DNA of 64,000 bases from Monocercomonoides exilis PA203 (taxonomy: Eukaryota; Protista; Preaxostyla): the NCBI GenBank assembly GCA_001643675.2, contig LSRY02000008.1, positions 1,488,001 to 1,552,000 on the forward strand, in the 5' to 3' direction. The notes below the pieces were generated by a model. The model was not told where the DNA came from. It searched no databases and was given only the letters and a program-made list of their open reading frames with translations. A program made the position numbers and the translations under genes. Below are positions 26,900 through 38,804 of this stretch, in pieces (within the stretch, counting starts at the first letter, position 1; each line of letters starts with the position of its first letter).

Positions 26900-27635
26900 A
26901 ATCACTATTCTTCTTCCGGTATCAACAATCAAATATTGTTTTTTGATCTCTTTTGAAATTTGTTTGCTGGTTATATATATATATATTTATATATATTTAA
27001 AAAAGAAAGAAGAACCAAAATAACAAATTTAATGCTTTGGATCGTGGGAGCGGGGATTGGAGTTGATTTTTGATTCTTGTATTTTTTCCTGATTTTTTTG
27101 GAAAAAATTCATAATTGTTTCAAATTAAATTCTAATTAGAAACAAAACTTTTGCATAATTATAATAATTATAATTTTGTGTCTTCATAAAAATGTATTTT
27201 AAATAATTTCTGTTCAAATTAATAATTTTAAGAAAACGACATGAAAAATAATCGAGACGTTCTTTTCATTATCTTTCAAGTCAATTCTCTTTTTCCATTT
27301 ATTTCTAACCAGTTTATGAGCCAAACTTTATTGATTTTTTATTTTCTATGGATACAGAACAGTATATTTTTTCTCGAACAATGTTGTGTTCAGATATAAC
27401 ACGGGACAAAATACAGAACTTCAGGCTTTTTCATTGAAAAGAATTGCAATCATCATTATCTATTTACAACCAAAAAATATTAACTAAGCAGATTCATTTT
27501 TTCGAATTTGAATAGCGCATATGACATAATGTTATTATATCAATGTTTCCTGTTTTCAATATGAATGTTCAATCAATTTTGAAATCTGATTAGGTTTAAT
27601 AAAGTTATGAGTGAAATAAAGATTGTATGACTTGT

Positions 27636-27670
<35 letters not shown>

Positions 27671-30600
27671 TTGAAAGTCTGTATTTTTCTCCATATAATT
27701 TTATTTTCAACATCAATGTTTGGAAAAGAAAAGAAACATTCAGTTAACAAAACAAAAACAAAAATAAAAACAAAAACAAAAATAAAAATAAAAATGATAA
27801 AAACACGAGAAAATTTGAACGTGTTTTGAGAAAATATTTGTAATGCGGCAAACCATCAAAAAAATCATGATAATAATTCAATTTTTTGATAAATTAGATT
27901 TTTTAAATTTTTGAATCATTCTTTTTGATTTATCATAAATGCAAAATACTCCATTCAATCGATTCGATAAGTTTTTGTTTATAATTGTGAATTGTTTCGA
28001 ATGTTTCAAAATATTCCAAGAAACAATTTTTGATATTCTGAGAAAGGGAAAAAGAAGTCGAACAAATAGTATCTGCATTTTTTACAAAACATCGAAAATT
28101 ATCGCTTTCAGAATTCGTCTTATCTCAAAACCACAATATAAACCATTTGAGTATTTTTTTCAACAAAAGTGATACCAAATTCATGAAAATATAAAAATTA
28201 TCACATAATTAAATAAAAATGATGCAACGAAATTGGAATTCTCCAAATTCCATAATCAAAAAAACATTTGTTCAAAAAGTTTGCAATGAAGAAAAAAATT
28301 CACATTCCCACAAACAAAGAATGATTTCATATTTTAGGAGATTCTTATCTAAAAATCACAAATAAATAATTATCTTTAAGTGCGATATTTTGAATCTCTT
28401 AAAGCATTTTTGCATTCATTATGTCAATTTTCAAATTAAAATTTCCTTTTGTTAACATTCGACATCAAGAGATTTCATGAGATACATGTTGAAATTTGAC
28501 TGATTGATTGAAAAAAATATATTTTTTATCAAACGATACAAAATTCCAGCCAAACATAAAATTTTCACTACAAATTTTCTTTGAAAAATTACCACTTTAT
28601 TAAAGAAACTTTTCAGAAGGGAAGTGATAATATTTCATGATTATTCAGGTAAAAAGGGAAAAAATAAAAAATTCAATCAAGATTTTCTGAACAATTTATT
28701 TCAAAAAATTATTGAAAAGACAACGTACTGGTTCAAAATAATGGAAAATGCAATGATAATAAAACATGAAAACAGACATTCGAATAAAAAACTTTGAACA
28801 TTTGGGGGGAAAATACGGACTAACAAGCTTTTTTTTTTTGCGCAAAGAACTTTGAAATTGTTTCACTCATAACACAATTAAACTTTTTTCAAATTTCGAA
28901 ACAAATTAAGTTTTCATAATTATTAACATGCATCATTGATATTATTTCATATTATTTTGAAATATTGTTTGAGTTCTAAAAAATGAACCCGTTTTATTCA
29001 TATTTTTTGATCACAAAAAGTTCATCCATTTTGCAAAATTTTCATTGAAAAAGCTTGAAATTACATATTTTCTCCCATTTTTGTAATAAAAAGCAGTTGT
29101 TCTTGCTCTTATTTAATATAAAGCAAAAAATCATCTTTTTGAGGATTAAAAAGAATATTATTCAAAGAATAAGTTAAGTTCGGGTAAGTTTCAAATAATT
29201 CTGAGGAATCAGTTAATTTGACAATAACAATCGAATTATTAAATTCTTTCAGTTGAAAGAAATCTCCTCAAGTTTTTGAATCTCTCTTTAAAACATTTTC
29301 TTTTGCATCAATATAAATTTATTTTTTTTCCTATTCATTGACTTTTAACTTTCAGAAATATACAATGCATTAATTTTTATTAATAAAAAATATATTGAAG
29401 ACGCAAGAAACAGTTGAAATGTTGGCAATAATCCGAAAAGCACAAAAATTTAAATAAAACATATGTAAAACAAAACAAAACAAAACAAAACAAAATAGTT
29501 TGATCAAAATGAAAAATTTTCGAAAACAAATTTTAAAACTAAACAATCAAAACTTTTTTTAAAAAAAAATAACAGAAAAATAAATCATGATATATTTGAA
29601 TGTGAAGTTAGAAGAGAACAAACAACACAAACACAAAATATGTTTTATTTTTTTTTTTTTTTTAAAAAAAAAATAAACAAATCAACATAAAATTAAAACT
29701 TCTCTTAGTTCCCATCAGTTGGTAACTTCCTAATGATTCATAAAATTAAATGATATTTTTTTTTTTTTAAATAAAAAAGGTTAAAAAAAATTATCTTTTA
29801 TAACATTTTCAATTGGTTGTTAACGGAATAAGTTGCTATACAATTTGCAACAAAAATTATTAAAATGGCAACTGAAACGAAACAATGAAATAAAAAACAG
29901 AACATCACAGAAATAGCGAACTTGGAAGCTAACGAAAAAAACAAGAACAATGCTGTTAAAAAGACTGGCAAAATTAACAATCCCTTTTTTGTTATTCGTA
30001 TCAAAGACAGATCGGATTGAGAAAGCTTAAATTGCAAGTTGTCCAACGATTCATCAGTTCAACAGAACAATAAACAGAGAACAATCATGAGAACTTCTAA
30101 AAAGATTCGAAAAGGAAGAAGGCATAAAAGAAAGAAAGAAAGAAGGAAGGAAAGAATAAGAATTATTTTTTTTTTTGATTTTCATGCTAAAAATGAATTC
30201 ATTCCCAGATTCTAAGAGATAGCAAATGACTTGACAACTATTATTCTTATTGTGAAATTCTATTTTGAAAAACTGACAGAAATAACATCATTTTCTGTGA
30301 AGAATCAATAAAACTGGAATATTTGCAGCTCATTCAGCGAAAGGAACAACAACAACAGCGTTTCATAGAAATATTCCATTATTTGGGAACAATTGAAACA
30401 GAGATAGAGATAGATAGATAGAAATACGGTGAATATGTAATAATAATAATGATAATAATAATTATTATGAAATCATGAAGAAGAAGATTTAATAGAAGAA
30501 GAATTAGAAATCAGAATAAGAATAATAATAATTTTGAGATGTGCAGAACATTCAACATAAAGTTAGGAGTATACTATTTGTTCTGCTGCATGAACAAAAC

Positions 30601-30816
30601 ATTCACACAACAATCAATAACAAGGAAGGAAAGAGGAAGAGGAAGAGGAAGAGATGGAGAAAGATAAAGAGAAAGGAGAGAGAGAGAAAGAGGAGAAAGA
30701 GAGAGAGAGAGAGAAAGAAAGAAAGAAAAAGAGAAAAGGATAGAATTTTATTAAAAACATGGAGCAATTATTGAAGATCAACCAAAATGGCTCAAAAAAA
30801 TTGAATCAAACTTTTT

Positions 30817-32730
30817 GACTCTTCTGCTGCTGCTTCCGAAAAGATTTTTGTAAATGAATTCCACAAAAATTTCTTCCCCATTCTCTTCAGTTCTTTCCGC
30901 CTCGCTCATTCTGCCAAACGCTCTTCAGTTGCTGCTTTCTCCCAGTTTTTTCCAGGAATGTTCATGAAAAAAGTACTGTTTCCACATCCCGTATTTCATG
31001 CTCCCCCAGCGCTTCTGACAGCACCTGATCGCATCACACATCAATCAAATCAAAAAAATAAAAATAAAAATAAAAATAAAAAATGAAACATGAAGAAAAT
31101 GAACAAACAAGAATAAAATACCTCCACAAATCTTCATTTCTCTTCACTCCCCTCATCCCCTGTTTGCCTCTCTCCAAATACCTCTCGCCCCAACATCATC
31201 CACTCCAAACACCACACCACACCACGCCTTCGCCTTTCAAACTCAATTCCAAATAAAGTAAAATTAAATGTTGTTCTCACCCGCTCTTCCATTGCCCATT
31301 CAACATCACTCTCACCATTCTTCTCTTCCCTTCTTCCTCCATCCAGCCCTCAATCCAAAAAAAAAAATGAAATATCTCTTCTTCTTCTCATTCTTCAAGA
31401 TAGTCTTAAAAAAAAAACAGTCTGCGTTCCATCGCCATCCCTCAGCCGACATGTGATGGCTTTCCATGCATCTTTCCGCAATTCACCCAATATCTTCAAT
31501 AAAAAAAAACAAAATTAAAAATATCAAATATATAAATTCTCATGAAACAAATCGTCAAACCTGTCTCCTCCTACTCCCCGAAAGGCTCACAAAGCAATCG
31601 CACATTCCCTTTCCTGTGCTGCCTCGACTGCCCAGATGAGCATGATTGCATCCCCAAACATCGCCAGCCATCAGCTCCCCAAAATACAACATCCAACTCG
31701 CTTTTGTCACCCCCTTTAAAATAAAAAAAATATGTGGATATAAATTCCACTTGCAATATGTTCCTCCACCAAGCAGGCACTCCACCCCGCACTCTCCATT
31801 CCCCTCCCCTTTCCTGCTCCTTCTCACAATCATTGTTTCCCACGCTCGCCTTTCTTTTCTAAAAAACGAACTGCTGAAAAATAATCCCATCAAACACAGC
31901 TGCTGCAAGCACCATTTTCTCCTGTGCGCATCCGCTTCTCTGATCAGCCCCAAACTGAACCCTGCTCCCCACAAACAATCTCGCCTATCAATCAAACACT
32001 GCCAAACACACGAAATTCAGAAAATGAACAAATACATCCCCAAAACAAGTTTAATTTTTGTTTCCACACACCCCTCTCAACTACGTCCCTTTTCACTCAG
32101 CCATTGCCGAGAAAAGAAAATATCAAAATGATTTGTTGGTTTGAGTCTTTTTTGTAATGGATTCAATGATCATCAGATTTGAAAAAACTGGAATATTCCA
32201 TTCACAGAATGAGAAATCCGTGAGTGAACATTATCTGTAGAACTAGGAATATTATTTCCTGTGGAGGCAACAAGAAACGAGGCAATGCAATATTTTTGGA
32301 ATTCTGCCTGATGATTTTTGGTAATTGGATGGCCAAGGGGAATGCAACAATTTCATCAAAACACAAAAATGATATTGTGTGCAATTCATATTGTTCTATA
32401 TATTGTGAAGATATTTCCATCTGTATCCTCTCCAAAGTGCAGGAATCCAAATAATTGTTGAAATGGCCAATCTCCGCTTTGTGGAGCAATGCGATGAGAA
32501 TGGAGCAGATTATTGTATAGCAATTTGGAAATAAATGAAGTTTCGGAAGATACATGATTTTTATAAATTTTTATTTGGAACAAGAGGTGAAAACAAATTC
32601 AACTTTCATATTATAAAATGAAGACAAAAAGTGGATGGAATTCTGTGAAGGACAAAATCTGCACAACATTATGTAGAATTTAAGAGCGTAAGGCAGATAG
32701 AGAAGTTTGGGGTATTTTTTGGCAAGGAAA
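30817..32730 (-). repeat. Orphan cassette leader (~1.9 kb): direct paralogue of ~48160-50040 and inverted paralogue of ~61290-63160
   Basis: Paralogous ORFs 31268-31456/48603-48821/62499-62717 and 31555-31995/48869-49159/62173-62451. No cassette core follows it. Confidence 0.85.
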
Positions 32731-33077
32731 GCTGTGGTGAACGAGCAAAGCCAATTTCTGGATGTTCAAGAAAACAGAAAGAGGGCAAAGAAGCGTTGTT
32801 GAAGACAAGAAGGTTTCCTTGTTGGACAGCCAGCAATTAGCAATTATGAGGGGCTAGAATAATTTTTTAGTGCGAAAAAAAGAAAGCAGCGGGATTGGGG
32901 ATTGGAGAGCGGGAAGCGAGACGAAACGAAAGGATGTTTGGAGACAGGGCAGGAAAGCGAAGTTCGCAAAGGGACTGCAGCTTGAAAGAGACGCTGAGGG
33001 ATTGCAGCTGTGAATGCGTGTGCGTGTTGGAGGAGGTGTTTGGAGGGGTTGGGGGAGGGAGATGGCCGTTCTGTCTT

Positions 33078-33124
33078 GTTCCAGTTCCAGTTCCAGTTCC
33101 AGTTCCAGTTCCAGTTCCAGTTCC
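33078..33124. repeat. (GTTCCA)n hexamer repeat, ~8 units
   Basis: Directly visible in the sequence. Confidence 0.9.
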
Positions 33125-35284
33125 TGTTCTGACCCATTCTTCTTCAGGTGCTGCTGCTTGAGCAGGTGTCATGGAAGGATGGCCATCGAGGTCTTTGGTG
33201 TGCCATTTGCAGAAGGGCAAGGCAGGCGAAGGAGCGGGCTATTTAGTTGCAGCTTGAGGCAGCAGGATGGCAGAAAAGAAGGCGGGGTGTGTGTGTTTGA
33301 GCTTTTGATGAGTTGAGGAGCAGATATTTCTGAGGAGATGAAAATTATCAGATGAATACATTGAGATGAAAAATTTGAGATTTGGATGATTCTTTCGAAA
33401 TGAGTGAGGCAGCAGAGGGGGCGATTTTGCTGGGGATTTTGGGAGCAGGAGCAGTTTGTGGAGGCGAGGAGAAGAGGGAGATGGGATGAACTGATGGATG
33501 GATTTCATGAGAGATTTCTTTGGTGTTGGTGGGCAGTCACATTGCTGGGCAGGGGAGTTTGGAAAAGGAGGGGCAGAAAGAAGGGATAAAGCGGAGAGGA
33601 GAAAAAGAGGAAGAAAAAGAGGAAGAAAAAGAGGAAGAAAAAGAGGAAGGGGAGGAAGGAGATTGAAGAAGGTGCATCAGTTGAATTGATTGGAGTTATT
33701 ATGAATGTTGATTGTGGGCGAGAAATGTCAGAAATGGGTATGTGGGAGGAGGCGTATTAGCGAGTTTGCCGAACAGGATTGCAGAGTGTCTTTTCTTCTG
33801 TTGAAGGAGCAGGGGTTTATTCGGGGAGTGGAGGGACAGCAGCACGAGGATGAGGAATTTGGAAAGGGAGCGGGGGAAGTTCTGAGGAAATGGGGAGGAA
33901 GAAGCAAAACCTGAGGGTGTATGTTTGCTCGTTTTTTATTTTTTATTTTTCATTTTTTATTTTCTGTTTTTTGTTTTCTATTTTTCATTTTTTATATTCT
34001 AATTTCCGTTTTTTTATTATCCATTATGTGTTTTATGTTATAAATATGATAATATTTTTCACAGAGAGACAATAAGTGGGATTGGGTGAATGCTGCTGGA
34101 TGGGATAGAAGAGATTGGAAGAGAAGAGGAAAGTTTAGGAAACGAAGGGGAGGAGCATTTGCGTGAAGAAAGGAGAAAGGAGAAAGGAGAAAGGAGAAAG
34201 GAGAAAGAGGAAAAGAGGAAAAGAGGAAAGATGGATGTGAATGAGAGATGCAAGAGAAGTGTGCAGAAAGGAAGAATTTCAGATGGGCGATGAATGGGAA
34301 AGGTTTTCATTTTGATTGCTTGTTGAAAAGCGGGCAAAGCAGAAGAGAAGGGTGAAATGGAGAGGCTCAGAAGAGCGGGTATTTTTATTTGGCTGTGCAG
34401 AATATGAACCGAATATTTATTTATTGATTTTGAAATCATCTTCAAAAGCGTCTTCCTTATTTTCTTCATCCTTTTCGTCTTCTTCGTCTTCGTTCTCGAC
34501 TTCTGCACAATTTTGAATGCTTTTCCCCCCTCATCTTCATTTCTGTGCACTTTTTGATTGTTGCAGTGTCGCAGGAACTGTGGAGAGCATTTCTGAGTTC
34601 AGAAAATGGGCGGGATGAGAAATCATTATGTTTTCAGCCTCTGTCGCTGCAGTCTCCTTTTCTGCTTGAATGCTATTTTTTTTATTAGAGAATGGAGCAT
34701 TTTGCTCGATGCATCTGTTGGTGTGTGCTCGCAGTGGATGCAGCTCATCAAGAGAAAGTTTGGATTTGGCTTGGTGGAGGCGAGGCAGACGAGGAAGACG
34801 AGGAAGACGAGGAAGACGAGTCATAGAAAGGCGTTGAAAAGTATTAATGGAGACAGTTTTGAAGAGAGATTGGAGAGAGCGAAGCAGAAACATGAACAAG
34901 AGAAGCTATTTGGTGAAACCGCGGAAATAATCTGGATTTTTTTTTTCCCACTTGATATGGAGGTATTTTGGAGTCTTGTAAAAAAGGATTTGAGAGGGAA
35001 AGAGAAGAGGGAGAAGGAGGAGATGAAGCAGAAGAGGAAGGGATGGACTGAATGAGCTGGCAGGAGAAGAGAGGGTTGGGAGATTGAAACGGGGGAAATG
35101 AGGGAATAACAGAAGAGGTCGAAGAAGAATCTCTCTTTGGTGAGTTGAGGGAGACGCTACAAATTTGAGGCATATTTTGAATGTGTGTGATACCTTTCTT
35201 TCTTTCTTTCTTTCTTTCTTCGTTTTTTTAATTTTTTGAAACCTCAATTTTATTTATTTATTTTTTTATTCAAATAACAATTAA

Positions 35285-35698
35285 TTTATATTTATATTTA
35301 TATTTATATTTATATTTATATTTATATTTATATTTATATTTATATTTATATTTATATTTATATTTATATTTATATTTATATTTATATTTATATTTATATT
35401 TATATTTATATTTATATTTATATTTATATTTATATTTATATTTATATTTATATTTATATTTATATTTATATTTATATTTATATTTATATTTATATTTATA
35501 TTTATATTTATATTTATATTTATATTTATATTTATATTTATATTTATATTTATATTTATATTTATATTTATATTTATATTTATATTTATATTTATATTTA
35601 TATTTATATTTATATTTATATTTATATTTATATTTATATTTATATTTATATTTATATTTATATTTATATTTATATTTATATTTATATTTATATTTATA
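35285..35698. repeat. (TTTATA)69 perfect hexamer array
   Basis: 414 bp, 100% AT, no interruptions seen. Confidence 0.97.
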
Positions 35699-35996
35699 TT
35701 TTTCGGGTATTATGATTATCGCTGGGATACTCAATGCGAATGCAAGTGCACGCATAGCAGAAAGATTGCAGAAGGAGACGAATGAAGGGTATATAGATGA
35801 ATGAACAAGAGGAAATAAACGAAATTGATAGAAGAGGATGAATTTGAAGATCTATGCAGCGATTTGAAAAGAAGGCGATGTGATAAAAGAATAAGCAGAA
35901 AATTGAAGAAATGGTTGAAGAAGATATTTGACAAGGATTTGAGGAGAAAAAAAAGAAGAAGGGATTGGTGAATCAGAAGATTTCAAAAAGAAAATG

Positions 35997-36139
35997 GTAC
36001 AGAGTTTTTCATATTTCATATTATATTTTTTATGTTTTATATACGTATATATTTTATTTATTTATTTATTTATTTATTTATTTTGTATTTTTGTATTTTT
36101 GTTTTTGTATTATTAAATATTTTTTAAAAATAATAATAG
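35997..36139 (+). other. Putative intron in the leader of D
   Basis: GTACAGAG...AATAATAG, T-rich; positionally equivalent to 24890-24997. Confidence 0.5.
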
Positions 36140-36342
36140 GGGCTTTTGCGCGAACACTCAAAATCGATGAAAGAAAAAGGATTTTTGAAAGCAAGCAGAA
36201 GATTGCAACAGAAGAAAAAGGGATATGGGGAAAGCAGACGATGAAGAAGGGGCAAAATGCAGGAAAAGGGATATGGCCACATTAGGATATTTTGCAACGC
36301 TTTGCCATGAATCATTGAGAAGAGAAGGAGGCAAAGAAGGAA

Positions 36343-37872
36343 GTGTTTCAGTGTTTTTTCTGTATTTTTCTCTTTACCCTCCAAGCCCCTCATTTTTCTC
36401 TTCCAACTGATTTTTTTTTCAATATCTCAACAGCAAATGATGTATGCTCATCCCCAGCAACTATGTCAACCCAAACCACATGTTTTATTAACAGTTGCTC
36501 ATTTTGGTCTGTTTGTGATGCATATGATGGCGGGATTGTTCCTTCCCTCAACAATCCCTTGGCTTCATTGTCTGCCTCAAACACCTCGTTTGTGGGATGT
36601 TATCGGACAAGGAATGTTGAATATAATGGAACTTCAGATGGAAAGTTGACTCCCGGAAGACAAAACACAACGGAAAATGGAGCAAATTCATTCACTTGGT
36701 GCGAGTGGAACGGATCGAAGGCTACTGGAAATGTTCAAGACGGTTCTGACAGCGGTTCGAATGGCGGTGCGATTTATATGCATAATCTTAAGTCTGGAGA
36801 AATGTTCGTTTCGCATTGTGCATTCAATGACTGTTACGCAAGTTGGGATGGAGGAGCCATCATGGCACATACAATCAAATCGGTAGACATCAGAAACAAC
36901 TTTTATAATTCCTGTATTGCTCAAAATCAATTTGGCGGAGGAATGTGTGTTTATGCGATTTCATCATGTGTTCGGATCAGCGGATGTGAATTCCAGAATT
37001 GCAAAGCATATACCCATGGAGGAGGACTTTTTCTTGATAATTTTAATGCCACAGGAGCAGGATGCGTTGGAATAGAAAAAGGGGAAGGGGAGAGTGCATG
37101 TGTGTTTGACTGCATTTTTACTTCATGTTCACTTACAAGCAATTATGGTGGAGGTATGTTTTGTAGAAGTGCACCTGAACAATTCAAAATGAGGAGCATT
37201 CAGTTCATTTCATGTTCAGCAACTGCATATGGAGGAGGATTGTATTTTGAACCAAAGAACACAGCAGCTCCAACTGATGGGATTTATTGTTATTTCCTTT
37301 TCTTTCATGAATGCAAGTGCAGAACGGCTTCAATTCCATATGGGCATGATATGATATTTGCAGATTATTACAATCTGTATTTGAATTCTGGAAATCCGTT
37401 CTATGAATGTTACACAACAAACACAGACGAGAAGAGAGCGTGTTATGCGTATAATTACTCGAATGCAGGTGCCTGGAAATTTGATCAAACAATGAAAAAG
37501 ATGTGGCTGAAAAGAGGGATTCTCAATCGATTTGTGGCAGTGAGTGGAGGAAACGCAGAAGAGTTGTGTGGATTGGATGAGTCAAGTGCATGCAGAACCA
37601 TTGGTGTTGCAGTTGAAAAGAGCGTGATTCAAGTGAGCCTGTCAGTCACGCTGATGGAAGGGGATCACAAAAGTGAGGCAACAACGATTGCGATTGAGAC
37701 AAAAAAAATTTCAATCATTGGGAAGGGAAGGGAAGCATGTTCAATTGGAACAGAAGTGAATTTGTATTATTCATCTTTCTCATCTTCATCTACTCATTCT
37801 TTCTTCTTCCTGCAATTTTTCCTCAGAAAAAAAGTGATTCAACTGCTTCAATTCATTTCATGTCAACTTTAA
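36343..37872 (+). CDS. Cassette D: beta-helix adhesin-like ORF (partial)
   Basis: 509 aa ORF. The family core runs from FFNISTAND to CSIGTE. Confidence 0.7.
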   Translation: MFQCFFCIFLFTLQAPHFSLPTDFFFNISTANDVCSSPATMSTQTTCFINSCSFWSVCDAYDGGIVPSLNNPLASLSASNTSFVGCYRTRNVEYNGTSDGKLTPGRQNTTENGANSFTWCEWNGSKATGNVQDGSDSGSNGGAIYMHNLKSGEMFVSHCAFNDCYASWDGGAIMAHTIKSVDIRNNFYNSCIAQNQFGGGMCVYAISSCVRISGCEFQNCKAYTHGGGLFLDNFNATGAGCVGIEKGEGESACVFDCIFTSCSLTSNYGGGMFCRSAPEQFKMRSIQFISCSATAYGGGLYFEPKNTAAPTDGIYCYFLFFHECKCRTASIPYGHDMIFADYYNLYLNSGNPFYECYTTNTDEKRACYAYNYSNAGAWKFDQTMKKMWLKRGILNRFVAVSGGNAEELCGLDESSACRTIGVAVEKSVIQVSLSVTLMEGDHKSEATTIAIETKKISIIGKGREACSIGTEVNLYYSSFSSSSTHSFFFLQFFLRKKVIQLLQFISCQL

Positions 37873-38260
37873 ATTTGTAAGATCCTTATTTTCAATTTCC
37901 CTTCTCTTATAAGTGTTTGCTGAAGATTTTTGAGACAACGAATAAGGAGGAGCAGAAAGATAGAGGCGGAGCATTTGGAGCTGCTAACTGTGAAGGTGCT
38001 GTCAAATGCTCGTTTATAATCACTAACTTTTTTGTAAATAATTTTTAAAATAACTTCTTCTTGGCCTTCATCATCATCATCATCAACATCATCATCATCC
38101 ACTTCTCCTGATTCATCAGTTTTGTCATCTCCTTCTATTTGTCGTTCAATATCTTCTTCAATAATTACTTCTTTGCCTTCTTTGTCATTCTGGTCTATTT
38201 ATTAGATTCTTGTTATTGAAGTTTTTTGATTCAGGGAATCTGAGGACTGGGCTTTGGCTA

Positions 38261-38293
<33 letters not shown>

Positions 38294-38458
38294 GGAGTAA
38301 AATGGGGAAAATGCTATTGGCATTTGGATCGTCGGCAGAGATGGGGCAGGCGGGTGTGTTAGCAAAAAGGAGCGATATTTAGAGGAGGAGAAGGAGGAGG
38401 GGGAAAAGAAGAAGAAGAAGAAGCAGAAAATGAAGTGGAAAAAGCCGATAAAAAAACG

Positions 38459-38585
38459 GTACTGGTTTTTCATAATTTGTATTGTATTTTTATTTATTTA
38501 TTTGTTTGTTTATTTATTTTTATATTTTGTATTTTATTTTATTTTATATTTTTAAATTTATAATTTATTTTTTAAATGATAGCAG
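38459..38585 (+). other. Putative intron in the leader of E
   Basis: GTACTGG...AATGATAG/CAG; equivalent to the A' and D leader introns. Confidence 0.5.
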
Positions 38586-38804
38586 GGACTTTTGCATGTA
38601 TATTCAAAATGAATGGATGCGAATGGAATAAGGTTAGGAGCGAAAGATGGAAACAAAAGGAAAAACAGAGATGTGGGAAAAAGATTCATTTCAGAAGAGG
38701 CAGAAGAGATAGAAAAATGGGCACAGCCATATTGGGTTATTTTGCGATATTTTTCTAAGAGGGGAAAGGAAGAGAAGGAGTTATTGAATGGAATATTTCT
38801 GTGA

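Larger units (their letters stand above)
2466..30795. repeat. Palindrome P1, ~28.3 kb, arms ~14 kb, axis ~16638
   Basis: Mirror ORF pairs throughout (5121-5354/27939-28172, 10394-10756/22533-22895, 15918-16148/17128-17358). Outer ends are ttgagccattttggttgatcttc (2466) and gaagatcaaccaaaatggctcaa (30795). Confidence 0.97.

Noticed and set aside
32844-35247. Many 60-160 aa ORFs in a GC-richer, purine-skewed region
   Set aside because: Low complexity, overlapping on both strands, with no domain signal; probably decayed gene or repeat fragments.
35270-35755. Poly-KY ORF, or a telomeric-repeat interpretation
   Set aside because: It is a translation of the TTTATA array; there is no G-rich strand, so it is not telomere-like.
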